A DNA stretch of 64,000 nt from Styela clava. Taxonomy: Eukaryota. The translations under genes and the position numbers were made by a program. Each line of letters starts with the position of its first letter. Within the stretch, counting starts at the first letter, position 1. The stretch spans positions 5,332,001 through 5,396,000 of the forward strand of contig NC_135250.1 of NCBI RefSeq assembly GCF_964204865.1. Direction: 5' to 3'. Below the pieces are notes generated by a model. The model saw nothing but the letters and a program-made list of their open reading frames with translations, did not search any database and was not told the DNA's origin. Positions 51,301 to 62,752 of the stretch are shown here, piece by piece.

Positions 51301-54300
51301 TACCAGGTTAGGGTTAGGCCATCATTTTATTCCGATTTTCCTTATTTTAGTTCTATTAAAAGTTCTGTATTGGCCAAATGAATATACCCCCTGCCCATAG
51401 GTTTCAGTCCTTTTACGCAACTTGATGTAAAGTAGGCGAACAAAATTAGTTACCTCCATATTGGTACACATACTTCTGGAGCGCCACACAAAGATCCATC
51501 TAATTGAACCAAGATAATTAAACTTACTCTAATAACAGCAACCAAATTGTCAACGTTTTTATCAATCTTAGAACGATCTGTACTGAGACTATAATCAATG
51601 CCGTTAGCATTAGCAGCAGTCTCTGGTATGAGTTCCAGTTCTCTACATGCTTCTGTGTATTCCACGATTTGAGAATTGATCTGAATGAAAGAGTATCTAT
51701 CGTTAAGATTTTAAGCTTGAGAAAGGAACACAAAGTTAGGCCATCTTTATCACACTGCTGAGTGCTGATTATTCTTCATTAGGTTTAGGGAGTCGGTGTA
51801 GGAGTTCGGCATGATTGTATTGATATTGAGGCCATGAGGCATGAGTTTTTCTAGCAACGGTGTGGAGTTGCGCGCGCTGAGTTTGGCACGTTTTCACAAG
51901 GAGTCAAAAGATTTGTTTTTATAAGCACATAGTCAGCAATGTTCAGTCAAGGATTTTACTAACGACCACATTCATGTGTCCTAACATGGCAAATTCAATT
52001 GGTATTTGTTGCCAAACTTTCCCTTCTTTCTAATCAAAACCAAAAATGGAATTTTCTGAGATGAGCAAACGGTGTTGAACTTACGTATTAAAACTAAATC
52101 TATTTTGACTCACTTTATCAATCATCTTTGATTGTTCAATTTGTTTCTCATAATATTGATCCTGCAACTGTTTACATCTCGTTTCCATTGATTTTACTGA
52201 GCCGTCTAATTGATTGAGCTCAATATTCATATGTTGGACATCTTCGACACTGAGATCCTGGTCGGAAAAAATGATGCAAACTACAAGAGATGTATGGGCA
52301 ATATTAGGTTCATACAAAGGCAGTGGAAAAGAAATTTGATGTCAGACTTTAGCATGTTTTCACTTGAGTCTGAGTAGTATTCTTAAACACCACTTAATTG
52401 GGAGTTGAAATTTCGAATTGGGAGTCAAGAGTCCAGATGAGGAACGCAGAAGTTACAACGAAGAAAATTTGTCAAAACTTTGCATTAATTTTACTAAGTG
52501 TTTGACGATCATGGTTGAGAGTCAGAGTTTACATGTTCACAAACATCACTAAGAAGTCCTTTTGTACTGCTCACTACATTCCACTTTTTTCTTAATGAAT
52601 TTAATACCAACCTGGCCAACTACAACAGATTGAATTTCTTTATTCGCCATTTCCATTTGAGTAGCTTGATTCTCCATTTCTTCTATTTTCTGTTGCATTG
52701 CTGTGCATTTATTTTGCACGGATTCACAATATTTATCCAATTGTTCAAAATAAACTTCGAGATCTTTTTTTAGCTTTTGATTTGTCAAATATTTTTCTTC
52801 CATATTCGTTTCTTGAAGCTAAAAAATAGAAACTGAATTTATTAGCTGAGATAGTCAAATTTACGCAAATAGACAAGGTATAAGGTAGAATTTGTAGTGA
52901 GTTATTGATGAAAATGTGTTTTTTATTGTATGTGAATGCTCAGCAATCTGCGTGAGTGATGTATTCTATGTTTTCAGTAATTTATGTGTCTGGAGGACCT
53001 AATACAATAAGAAAGTTACGGTACACAATCCTATATCTCCAAAGTATTCGAAATTCGATTCGAAAAAAAAATCCGATTAGATTCTGAAATCATTAGGTAT
53101 TCGAAAATGCCCAGCCCTAATTATATGAATAATAATTAAATAAAAATTTGGGTCTTGTGTAGTTTTGTACCTCAAGTACTTCTATTGGACGTAGCATAAC
53201 GATTTCTGCACATATCAATCCTAACCCCCCAGCTGACTACGCCATCCAAAAATTATGTCACTACGACATCACAATCACGACGATAAAGATCTCACTAGTG
53301 GTAGCAATCTCTCATATGGGGATCGTTGCGATAAGAAAACGAGAGAAATAGCTTGTTCATTTTCAGGTGATCGTATGCGAGCGCATCTCGGATGAGAGGT
53401 TGTATGTATGATGAGAGTTTGAAGGGCCTTATTGCGTCACTGTGACATTGTAGTGACGTAAGTTTTGAATGACGCAGGCAGGTGGGGGTTAGGATTGACA
53501 TATGAAAAAATTGTAATGCTACGCCCAGTAGAAGTACTCATGGTAGAAACTACACTATACCCAAAAAATGTAAATATAGTACAAATTTTCTTTTGAATGC
53601 AGCATTCGTAACTGCTTCATGAGTTTGAGAAGTTTCGATTAAACAGTTAATTTAGCTGCTCATTACTACTACATTACCTTCTGCTTCATCTGTTCTTCTA
53701 TTTCCACATGCTGATGTTTTAATTTGAGTTTCAAGTCTGCAACTTCAGCAACCATACCCTTGTTCTTCTCCGCTTTAGGAATAAAACAAAATGGTAAATA
53801 TTTTAAATTTCAGGAAAAAATATTTTGTAAAATCTCACGACTCAAGGATATACTCAAATACTAAATGACATGTAGAGATGTAGTACATTAATGGACACAA
53901 AATTGAATGACAAACATGACTAACACTAGTTTTTCCTCAATAAAGTTTTGAAATCGTAGCGTGGCTTTCCCTAAGCAAAACAAAATAATTGTTGCAAAGT
54001 TTTCATGCTGTGATACTTCCCACAAATACAATCACTATTGTGCAACACCAAATTCAATACCAAAAATAAAATAAAGAATAAAACTTATAGAAATTAAAAT
54101 TAGTAATTTTTGGACTTTTGTTAAAAAAACAAGCGACCCCAGAAGATTTACAAGCTAAAATCCCTTTGTCTGGATTCAGACCAGTGTTTCCCAACCCAGT
54201 TTTGGGTGGCGATCCATAGGATGGGAAACACTGGTCTAAATCCAGACAAAGGGATTTTCTGCCAAAATATTTTTTCAAAAACTTCAATTACAGTATGTGA

Positions 54301-57300
54301 AATTCACAAAATCACAACTGTTTTTCTGAATATATTGACTTCTAAGTTTCTCAATACTGAACTGCAATGTGTTGATATAATTCTGAATAGTTTTAGTAGC
54401 TTCTGTCATTTCATTGGTCATCCATAGTATTGCTCCTTTACTTCTAAGTGAGTGCATGTTATAATGCTTTAGAAAAGAGATTTTTGTAGACTCAGTTGCT
54501 CAATTCTTGGCTTCAATTTGAACAATGCTTTAGATGGGCAGCAATTGAATGGTAGACTTGACATTTTATTTCATAATAAGAATTACCAATTTGGTCTTTC
54601 AAAGCGTTGTCAATCTCAGTAAAAGGAGCATTCTCTCCCCGCATGAATGCGATATAGGTGGCTTGAAGATATTCATGATGCATCTGAAATGGATGGAAAC
54701 GTCACAAATCTAAGCATTGGGTAATTTGTAAGGCAGTCGAGGCTATTAGAGTGGTCAGATGCATTTTGTGACATTGTAAAGTACAATAACATTAAGTCGG
54801 TCTGCTACAGTGCATTTCTGTCATTCAGCCAGTATGGGTTTTCAAAAATGAAAATTAGAAACTCACAGTACGATTTAATAGCCTCATAGTTAAAGCCTTT
54901 GACTGGATAGCTACCAACATATCCCTGCAGGTTAAGAATCTCAGAATCAAATTCAATGCTTTTCCAAATTGTGTAATAAATTGGGTGGTTGAACCATAAA
55001 AAGCCCTTTCAATATATAAAAAAGTGGCTTCTTGTGATATCTTCCAGGTAGCTTATATAGTTACCCAACAGTACAGTAGAGACTTATACAGAGCCTTGTT
55101 TAAAGAGAAATGAGTATAAAAAAAAAACAGAAAAAAGAAGGGGGTAAACCCAAAATATCACAAGAAATGGTTTTATGAAACTAGCAACAACACTGTGATG
55201 ATGCCTCAATTATGACCAGATACTGATTCATTACTAGAAGATATAATGTTGTGACGTCCCTACCTTTTGTTTTTTGTCACCAGCGAAGCATATTTCATCC
55301 AATTCAATTTCACTGTCCTCCAAGGATTTAAGATACTAAACAAAATAGAAATAGGCTGCAATCAATAAATCAATTTTTCAAGTGACCATATAGTCCAATC
55401 TAATATATTTTAATTTTGAAGCATATGATTGAGTCATTGTACATCAAAATTATTCCAAATTTTATTTCGTTGACAGGAAAAATTGAAAGCAAAAAATAGA
55501 AAATGAGTGACTTGCGTTTTTCTAAAATAATACAATAAACCTTTTTGTAACTTTTAATTTCAATACTCTTCCACTTTTTTACAATAAGCTTTGTATATTT
55601 GAACCTAGATTCATGTACCATCAGCTACAACTCAATCTTTATCTTAGGGCTGGAAAAGCTAATAAGCCAGCACAACCATGTCAAATTAGATATGGGCAGG
55701 GCTAACCAATAAAACCAGCATTGCCATGATTAGTATAATGAACTGTGTCATTGGTTACAATAAAATACAGGATTGGTCAGCCGGATATTTGTTTCAGATG
55801 TAAGGAAGCCGTACCAACCAGCGGATACATGAACCACCCTACGACCACGAGGAGTCCAGCAATCCTCTTGAACATAATTATCTTCCACTATATTTGAACC
55901 TGCAAACCCACTGAGGGTAATCAGAGGTGAAACAACAAGCGTATTCCTAACACTTAGCCAGATGCATCACCTTTAGAACCTTTTTCAAAACTTAAGAGTA
56001 TCGACATTAAAATCCTTGAATAATAAATCATTTACCTTGACCAGGTCAACTAACCAATCCAGAGCTCCTAATGCATTTGGCCACGCACTCATTGCCCCAA
56101 CGTTACTCAACGTACTTTTTGACACACTGAATGGATAGCTAGATGAGAAAAAAACAAAAATGTAATGAGGTTTTTATTTGTAAGCAGGAGAGAATGATTG
56201 CACCAAATGGTGTTGTAGAATCCATTGTTGCATCTTGCATGCATTATAAAAAAATAGTGTCAATAGCTGATATTTTGTGGGGAGTTTCACCTCTACTCTG
56301 AACAGAGTTATGTATAATTCATCACTGATACATAAGCAAACTTTGAATTTTGACAACAGCAGATTTCATTCATAACCTGAATATATCCTAAGAACTTTCA
56401 GATGAATAGGACTCTTTTTTTTAACAAATTTTGACAAAAAGAGCAATTGATACCTATAAATGTATAGCTTTAGTATTAGTATGAAATTATATACCGTGTG
56501 TATCATAAAATTGGTTGAAATTAAATTCAAGAATTCCATACCAATATAGGCTTGGCGAGTTTTATATATTTATCCCACGGGAAAGAAAAGCCGATAAGAC
56601 GGCTGAACCACATGGCGAACCAGGGCCTCTCGTCCGATTACCAGTCCATGTCGCCATGTAGGGTATGGAATTAGCTAGGTATTTGTTTACGAAAGCAAAG
56701 ATTTTGTTGGTGGAGTAAGCCGTAACCGACCAGCAGTTACGTGAACCACCCTGTATGGACGAGGAGTCCAGCAATCCTCTCACACATTTCTAAAGCTCAG
56801 CAAGATGAGCCACACAGCAAGCCATTAATAGTTAAACACAAAGACGTGTTTATATCAAATGCATTAATATGCATTATAGGAAATATATACTTATGATCGG
56901 AGAGTAGCTTGAACATTTCTTCTTCCGGCCGAACAATCATCTTATATCCCGGTGAGGCAAGTCCATAAACAAATTCAACAATTCGAAAATATTCTTTATT
57001 TGTGGGTGGACTCATTAGTTTTGCTGTTATAGGGTGCGGGTAGCCGTGGTCTTTGATAAACTGTGAATATTAGGGTTGAATTTCTTTTAAAAAGGCTTTA
57101 GGAAAGTCTATTTTTCAAAATTCAAATATTTCAATTTGAAAACTGTGATTGATAAATTGCAAAATGTATCCTAATCCTATTTAATGAAAGATTCATATAT
57201 CTGGATAATATAATCCGAATTTGTTTAAGCAAGGTCATGTAGCACATTCATTCAGAAGTGAAGAAAACTAGACTCTCAGCAATGGCGACCACTAAAATAT

Positions 57301-58383
57301 CATGAAATTTATGATTGTACCCAAAAGTTTTAGCAATCTTACAGCCATTTGTACACGCACAAAAGTTATGTTCTTTCTAGAAATGGTGTAATTCAAATGG
57401 TGGAGGGCGACAATTTTTCGAGGTTAGTTGTTAGACTTGATCTTGCCCGCCTTATTTTGGAAATTTACGTTTCATTCATGTATTTTTTGAATAAAACATA
57501 CTTTTCTAAAAGGGGGGTGCGGCTTTTGAAGTTTGAGAACCACTGCTCTAGAATATGTTCCAAACGACCTGGGTTCTGTTTATTTGGGGTCAAATCGCCG
57601 CAAGACATTGCAACAGAATATTATACTAAAATTCCGAATAACAAAAACTTGAATTCTTACATTAACAATCTCATTAATACATCTCCTCATGTATGGTTTG
57701 TCATTCAAAGGTCGAGTATCTTTGACAACATGATGATCCGATCCACCGAAGTAGGAAGATCTTTTCGATGACGATTTGATGCTGGAATGGGCTTAGAAAA
57801 AATTAAGTAATATTGAATCAAACAAAGCAAACGCATTTTAAAGTTATTTAATATAATAACAAAACAACAATATCAAATATCTGGGCATGGCAGTTGCAAT
57901 TCGGTTCTGGTAACTGAGCACAGCGTATGCTAAAAAGAATTGCTGACAAGCACGACTGAAAGTGATGAATTTCAAAAAATTCAACATCGATTAGTTCATT
58001 AGTTGCCAGAAAAGCATATTTTTTCCAACAACAAAAAAAAAAAACAACAACAAATATCTAGCAAAATGATGAAAATAATAGCGTCCTAACAGCTTCATCG
58101 TCTTTTGAGTACTGAAAACTCGGAATTGATTGGCCCAATAGAAGTGGAATAAAGTATTTCCCCCGCAAACAAAAAAAAACACCAAGACGACATTGCAAAA
58201 CGATCTAAAGGTCCAATTTGTGTCCACTGTCCAATAATGTCAAAATATCTTACGTGGAAGAACCTTCCTTGAGGAATGAGGTAACGGTGTGCTTCTTGGT
58301 AGTTTTGATGCACTTGCACCAGTTATTGAACTGCGAGATTGTAGAGAATCACGACCAAATGATGATTTTGTTTTACGACTCAT
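48327..58383 (-). CDS. NDC80: Kinetochore protein NDC80/HEC1 (~621 aa)
   Basis: 15 phase-consistent exons: 58254-58383, 57661-57791, 56891-57060, 56036-56138, 55264-55335, 54587-54683, 53678-53772, 52612-52818, 52114-52257, 51528-51680, 51123-51212, 50537-50629, 49896-50026, 49067-49214 (donor less certain), 48327-48428. Basic S/R-rich N-terminal tail, KDTRPLNDKPY, CH-domain YPFSVSKSTLSNVGAMSAWPNALGALDWL, loop motif LELIPETAANANGIDY, long coiled coil. Confidence 0.93.
50082..50200 (-). mobile_element. LINE reverse-transcriptase remnant
   Basis: The minus strand reads PISCGVSQGPVFGPLLFLIFIK, a degenerate RT motif, inside an NDC80 intron. Confidence 0.72.
51282..51485 (+). mobile_element. Merlin-like MITE type A copy
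   Basis: Full-length, occupying most of the NDC80 intron at 51213-51527. Confidence 0.82.
53150..53562. mobile_element. Foldback-type MITE with ~140-bp imperfect TIRs
   Basis: GGGTCTTGTGTAGTTTT...AGTACTTCTATTGGACGTAGCAT...AATCCTAACCCCCA is mirrored by TGGGGGTTAGGATT...ATGCTACGCCCAGTAGAAGTACT...AAACTACACTATACCC. Confidence 0.8.
54157..54258. repeat. Inverted repeat: 37-bp arms (1 mismatch) with a 28-nt spacer
   Basis: AAAATCCCTTTGTCTGGATTCAGACCAGTGTTTCCCA ... TGGGAAACACTGGTCTAAATCCAGACAAAGGGATTTT. Confidence 0.9.
55790..55972 (-). mobile_element. tRNA-derived SINE family 1, 5' half
   Basis: A-box TGGCTAAGTG and B-box GGTTCAAAT on the minus strand; body matches 2425-2714. Confidence 0.7.
56560..56787 (-). 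mobile_element. tRNA-derived SINE family 1, 3' half
   Basis: GGATTGCTGGACTCCTCGT...GCTGGTCGGTTACGGCTT body and tail shared with the other copies. Confidence 0.7.
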
Positions 58384-58599
58384 TGTGGAATAGTACTAAT
58401 AGTCTAATACCATAACTAAATAAATGATTTGATAACATAACTAAAACAAGATAACAAAAATATCAAGATGATATATTAATGCCTTTTAAGGCAGTTGTGA
58501 AAAACTATATTCAATGGTCTCAAAACTAACGTATGCATGCAATTGTTTATACGCTTCTTCATCCCTTTCGTTCAGAACAAGGCACAGTTGAAATTTAAC

Positions 58600-58768
58600 G
58601 ATACGCGAGGAGCTACATTTCTGGAAGAACTGAAATCTTTCCAGTTTGACATTCGCATCCATTCTCCCTGGGTGAGATGATAGGCATGGAATTTGAACCC
58701 GAGGTTAGTAACCTGCGATGACAACACAGGTATTAAGTCTAATGATTTCACCACTACGCCATCGTGCA
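58600..58768 (-). mobile_element. tRNA-derived SINE head or tRNA pseudogene (second family)
   Basis: Minus-strand A-box TGGCGTAGTGG and B-box GGGTTCAAATTCC, with no closing acceptor stem. Confidence 0.55.
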
Positions 58769-59557
58769 TAAATACAAAACTGATAAAGAACATCATATGA
58801 ATAATTTTCTATTTATAGGTACAAAACAATTGTCACCTGTTTATTGCCTGAGATATGAACAAGCACAAGGAGTATGGAGGCTCAATTAATAATGTTTTCA
58901 AATAAACTGAATTACACTAATTCCATTTTACAAAACTAGATCTTGGCATGGATCTTTTTATAACATGTTGCAAAGGAAAGTCAAAAAGATTCTGGATTCT
59001 GAAACTTTATTTTTATTATGGAATAGTGAATATATACCGGTACTAAATCAGCTCGTCATCAATGAGGAACACATAGAAGTATTTTCAATGAGCTTGAATT
59101 TAGAAATACTGAAAAGGTCAGGAAAACAAGGCTTTGATTACCCTTTTTTTAGATTTCAAAATGAGAATGAACTAAAATTATTTAATTATATCAACACTTG
59201 AACTTCTGCTCGTGTATGATTGAGATTGTTGAGACACAAAAGTTGGTACTGCTGTAGCCTGTAGTATATGTACCACGTTAGGGTTGGGCCATAATTTTAT
59301 TCCGATTTCCCTCATATTAGTTCTATTGTGTGTTCGGGGACTGTCTGTGTTAGCCAAAGGAATATACCTCCTGCCCATAGGTTTCAGTCCCTTTACACAA
59401 CTTTGTGTAAAGTAGGCAAACAAAATCAGTTACCTCCATATTGGTAGACACACTTCTGGATCGTCCAAATGTTTCATTGAACACCGAAGTTGCTCAAAAA
59501 CCATTGCACCCTGCTTGTTTTTTAAACATAAATCGCTAACCATTGCAAAAAAAAATA

Positions 59558-60052
59558 TCATCTTTGCGGAATATCTGAAAAATCTGCAATTGAATTATCA
59601 GTAACAGGAAAAGAAACAGCAGGTTCGCTCTCACATACAAGGATGGCTTCAAGTTTACGTGCTGCTAGTTGCGCTTCGGCAATTTCCGCTAAGGCAGTTT
59701 GAATTCTGTTAAGTTCAAGTTCTCCTCTCTGCACCAGGTTTTCAAGATTTGCAGCAGCAGCCTGGTTTTCTTGCTCTAAACGAGTTAAATGAGCAGCCTG
59801 TAATTCAGGCGTACTTTCTTCGCTTGGTAACGAGTCTACTAAAACGTTTATATCTTTAGCAGTTCTTGTTATTAATGTAGCAAAAAGTTTGACGTTTTCA
59901 TCAGTTGAAATAGCAGGCTCCTTATTTCCAGTTTTTTCTAATCCAGCAAATGATCCAGGTGGGGCATTCTGTTGTAGGATTCCAACGCTGTTGCAGAAAT
60001 ATTCCGCCATCTGATTGACGGCATCTTGAAGTTGTGTGAGACGATCAGACAT
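59558..60052 (-). CDS. MED21: Mediator complex subunit 21 (Srb7), 164 aa, intronless CDS
   Basis: MSDRLTQLQDAVNQMAEYFCNSVGILQQ...LFATLITRTAKDINVLVDSLPSEESTPELQ closely matches MED21. The true ATG is at 60052; the ORF track starts at an upstream TTG. Confidence 0.96.
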   Translation of the reverse strand: MSDRLTQLQDAVNQMAEYFCNSVGILQQNAPPGSFAGLEKTGNKEPAISTDENVKLFATLITRTAKDINVLVDSLPSEESTPELQAAHLTRLEQENQAAAANLENLVQRGELELNRIQTALAEIAEAQLAARKLEAILVCESEPAVSFPVTDNSIADFSDIPQR

Positions 60053-60468
60053 ACTGATGAGCAAAATGTTCCAATATTATTATATTCTATTTTTCAAATA
60101 TTACTTATTTAGAGCTTACAATCTATAATATAATACATTTCTGATACATTTATAATAAAGTAGTATAGGCATAGTAATATAACATATCACAATTGACTGA
60201 GCACCTGAAACACACAATTACTTAGAGCAACAGTCACAGCTTAATATATTCTGTGAATTAATAGATGCTAAGGGAGTAATATACACAACTATACTGGTTC
60301 ATCTTGGTTGAGTAATCAAAACCAAAAATAAGTTGCCGCTTGTAAAGAGCAACAAAATTATACAAATTTAAATACTTCTTCTACATGAACTTGTGTCAAT
60401 TAGCACATGTAGGGCTGGGTAATAAAGTGACATGCATATTAAAATTATGTTATTTCATCAGCCGCTAC

Positions 60469-60743
60469 CAGTGTTCCCTCTAAGGTGTGCGCGTGTGCGC
60501 GCGCACATAGCTTTCAGAGGCTGCGCACACGCATAGATTTACTGCGCACAGACGTATTTCGATGTAATGTAACAATGTGCTTGGTTGGCAGGTTGAGAAA
60601 GTTTGTTGTTGGCCCACTTATTACCGGTTAGAACGCCAAAATTTCTTCATTGTTTTTTGCACAAATATTATTCATTTCCAAAAAAGTGTGCACACACCAA
60701 AATGTCTGCGCACACATACTACAAAAAATTAGAGGGAACATTG
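60469..60743. mobile_element. 275-bp hAT MITE with perfect 8-bp TSD
   Basis: TIRs CAGTGTTCCCTCTAA / TTAGAGGGAACATTG; TSD GCCGCTAC; repeated GCGCAC motifs inside. Confidence 0.92.
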
Positions 60744-61372
60744 GCCGCTACAAAAGCATAATTTCAAAATTGTCGAAAATTTCAATACAGCATGACAGGA
60801 ATGAGTATTTATAGCTTAGACTTCTCTAAATTCATGAATCCTGACTGTAATCACGATCACAAAAATATAACATAAAAGAAATAAAAATTATAGCATGACC
60901 TAATCGCTATTTATAGAATGGACAAGAACATAATGCACCATTTATCGATGACAAACCAGCTACGATATATTGCTGGAAACAAACAAATTAAAGTGGAGTA
61001 ATGATAAAACAATTATAGACATTTCAAATTTCTACTCTGGGTCATTATTACTTACGGTAGTTTCAAATATGGCATATCATTCACAACAGAATTGTTTATT
61101 TTTTGTATTTTCCTACAACAATGCATAATACACGTCCCATAATTTTGAAAATGAAATTTAAAAAATAAAAGTTACTCCCGTAGTATGTGTAGCTACTGTA
61201 CCTCCATATTGGTACACACACTTCTAGAGCGCCAAATATGGTACATGGAAATTGATTCGACATACACTTGATTTATATGCACCAAACTTAATGATTTGAG
61301 TAAACAAAGACTTCTACTGCGACAAATTTCATTTGAACTTAATTATTTCGATTCAAATGGATAAAAATATAT

Positions 61373-61906
61373 TCAAGTTTTGCTTGAACTTGCAGAATCA
61401 TCTTGAACATTAAGAAATAATTTTTGTATAACATCATGATCTAGTAAATGCAAAAGTTCGGTGTCATTTTGTGCGTGCTGCTCTGGAAACATTTTTCTTC
61501 GAAGTTCGTTTGTCAATGAGTTACCACTTCCACTGCTGTGGCCACTGTCACTGTCGAAAGTATCACCTTCTGACGACGAAACCCCTTGTTGTTGAAAACT
61601 CCATTGCATTTGTTTTTCTTTTACATCTTTCAGTGATTTGAGAACATCTCGTGCGTTAACTTTATCAGTATTTTTACGTTTTGTTTCCATTCGTTGAAGT
61701 TTCGATTCTAAATAATTTAAATAATCCTTGTTTGACTCATATGACACAGATTGCTGATTTGTTGGAAATTCTGAATCATTCTGATCATTAGATATAAACG
61801 AATCTTCAAATCCTTGATCTGTATCTTGAGCACCAGAGTCTGGATCTGTGGCACCTGACCATGGGTCGCTCTCCGCAGCAACGTCATCAAAATTGGCCTC
61901 AAACAT
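61373..61906 (-). CDS. CCDC32: Coiled-coil domain-containing protein 32 (AP-2 assembly factor), 177 aa, intronless CDS
   Basis: MFE...DPW...FEDSF...YLNYLESKLQRM...VNARDVLKSL...RRKMFPEQHAQNDTELLHLL parallels vertebrate CCDC32 as recalled (MFE, DLW, FSDSF, YLASLEKKL, VTSKDMLRTL). A pyrimidine-rich CAG acceptor lies 8 nt before this ATG. An alternative in-frame ATG exists at 61972. Confidence 0.8.
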   Translation of the reverse strand: MFEANFDDVAAESDPWSGATDPDSGAQDTDQGFEDSFISNDQNDSEFPTNQQSVSYESNKDYLNYLESKLQRMETKRKNTDKVNARDVLKSLKDVKEKQMQWSFQQQGVSSSEGDTFDSDSGHSSGSGNSLTNELRRKMFPEQHAQNDTELLHLLDHDVIQKLFLNVQDDSASSSKT

Positions 61907-62188
61907 GTTGCCTTCTGATGGAAATTCAGGACAAAAATTTGAGTGTGAAGCGGGCCTGGTTCCAGGGGCCATCACAGAAATAAACAAAATTTATGACACT
62001 TTTATCAACACCAGGTTTTTGAAGAGCGAAAAATGTTAGTAAAATGAATATTGCTAACTAAAACATAAGATAAATATTACAATTTGCAGTACAGGAGCAG
62101 AAATGAATCAATAATAGCCATCAAAAATGTATTTCGATTTTATCAAAATCAGAAGACCTTCTGCAGTTTCATAGGAAATACAAAAATT

Positions 62189-62752
62189 ACGGTACCCTAC
62201 TACCTGACTACAGACTACAGTACCGTACGGTACCGTACCGGTACTATCCTATTGGCTACGGTATGCTATCGGTAGTGCTGTAGTGGTAGAATCAAGTTCA
62301 AAATGTGATTAGAGATTCAGATTGCTGGATTGCGGACAAACATTGTAAATTTCAGAAATAAGAATTTTGAAATCTAGTCATTCAGATTGCAGCATTGAAG
62401 CGATAAAGCACCATTCATACAGTCATTTGGACTCATTTCTGTTTAAGAACTTTATACAGTTATACTGGATACGGTAATCAATTTCTGAATTTATTCAAAA
62501 TGAACACAAGACATACCGTACCGGTACGGTAATTGGTCTAATAAATCTGTAAATGTTACAGTGTTATGCAGTTACGGTATGTCTAAACTACAGCCTGACA
62601 GCAATACCAGAATACCGTCAGACCGTACCGGTACTGCAATGTGAATAACTGAATACTGGAATAAGCTTCAATGGGTACGGTACCGTACGGTACAGTAGGG
62701 TACGGTACCGATACCTGACTAGGCTATCATTACCAAATATCGGTATTACCGT
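62189..62752. repeat. Cluster of (GTACC/GTACG)n palindromic pentamer runs
   Basis: 16 GTAC sites counted in ~62190-62710, including the perfect palindrome GTACCGTACGGTAC at 62220 and 62680. Confidence 0.8.

Noticed and set aside
58683-58768. Functional tRNA gene
   Set aside because: A and B boxes are present, but I could not form an acceptor stem or cloverleaf; treated as a SINE head or pseudogene.
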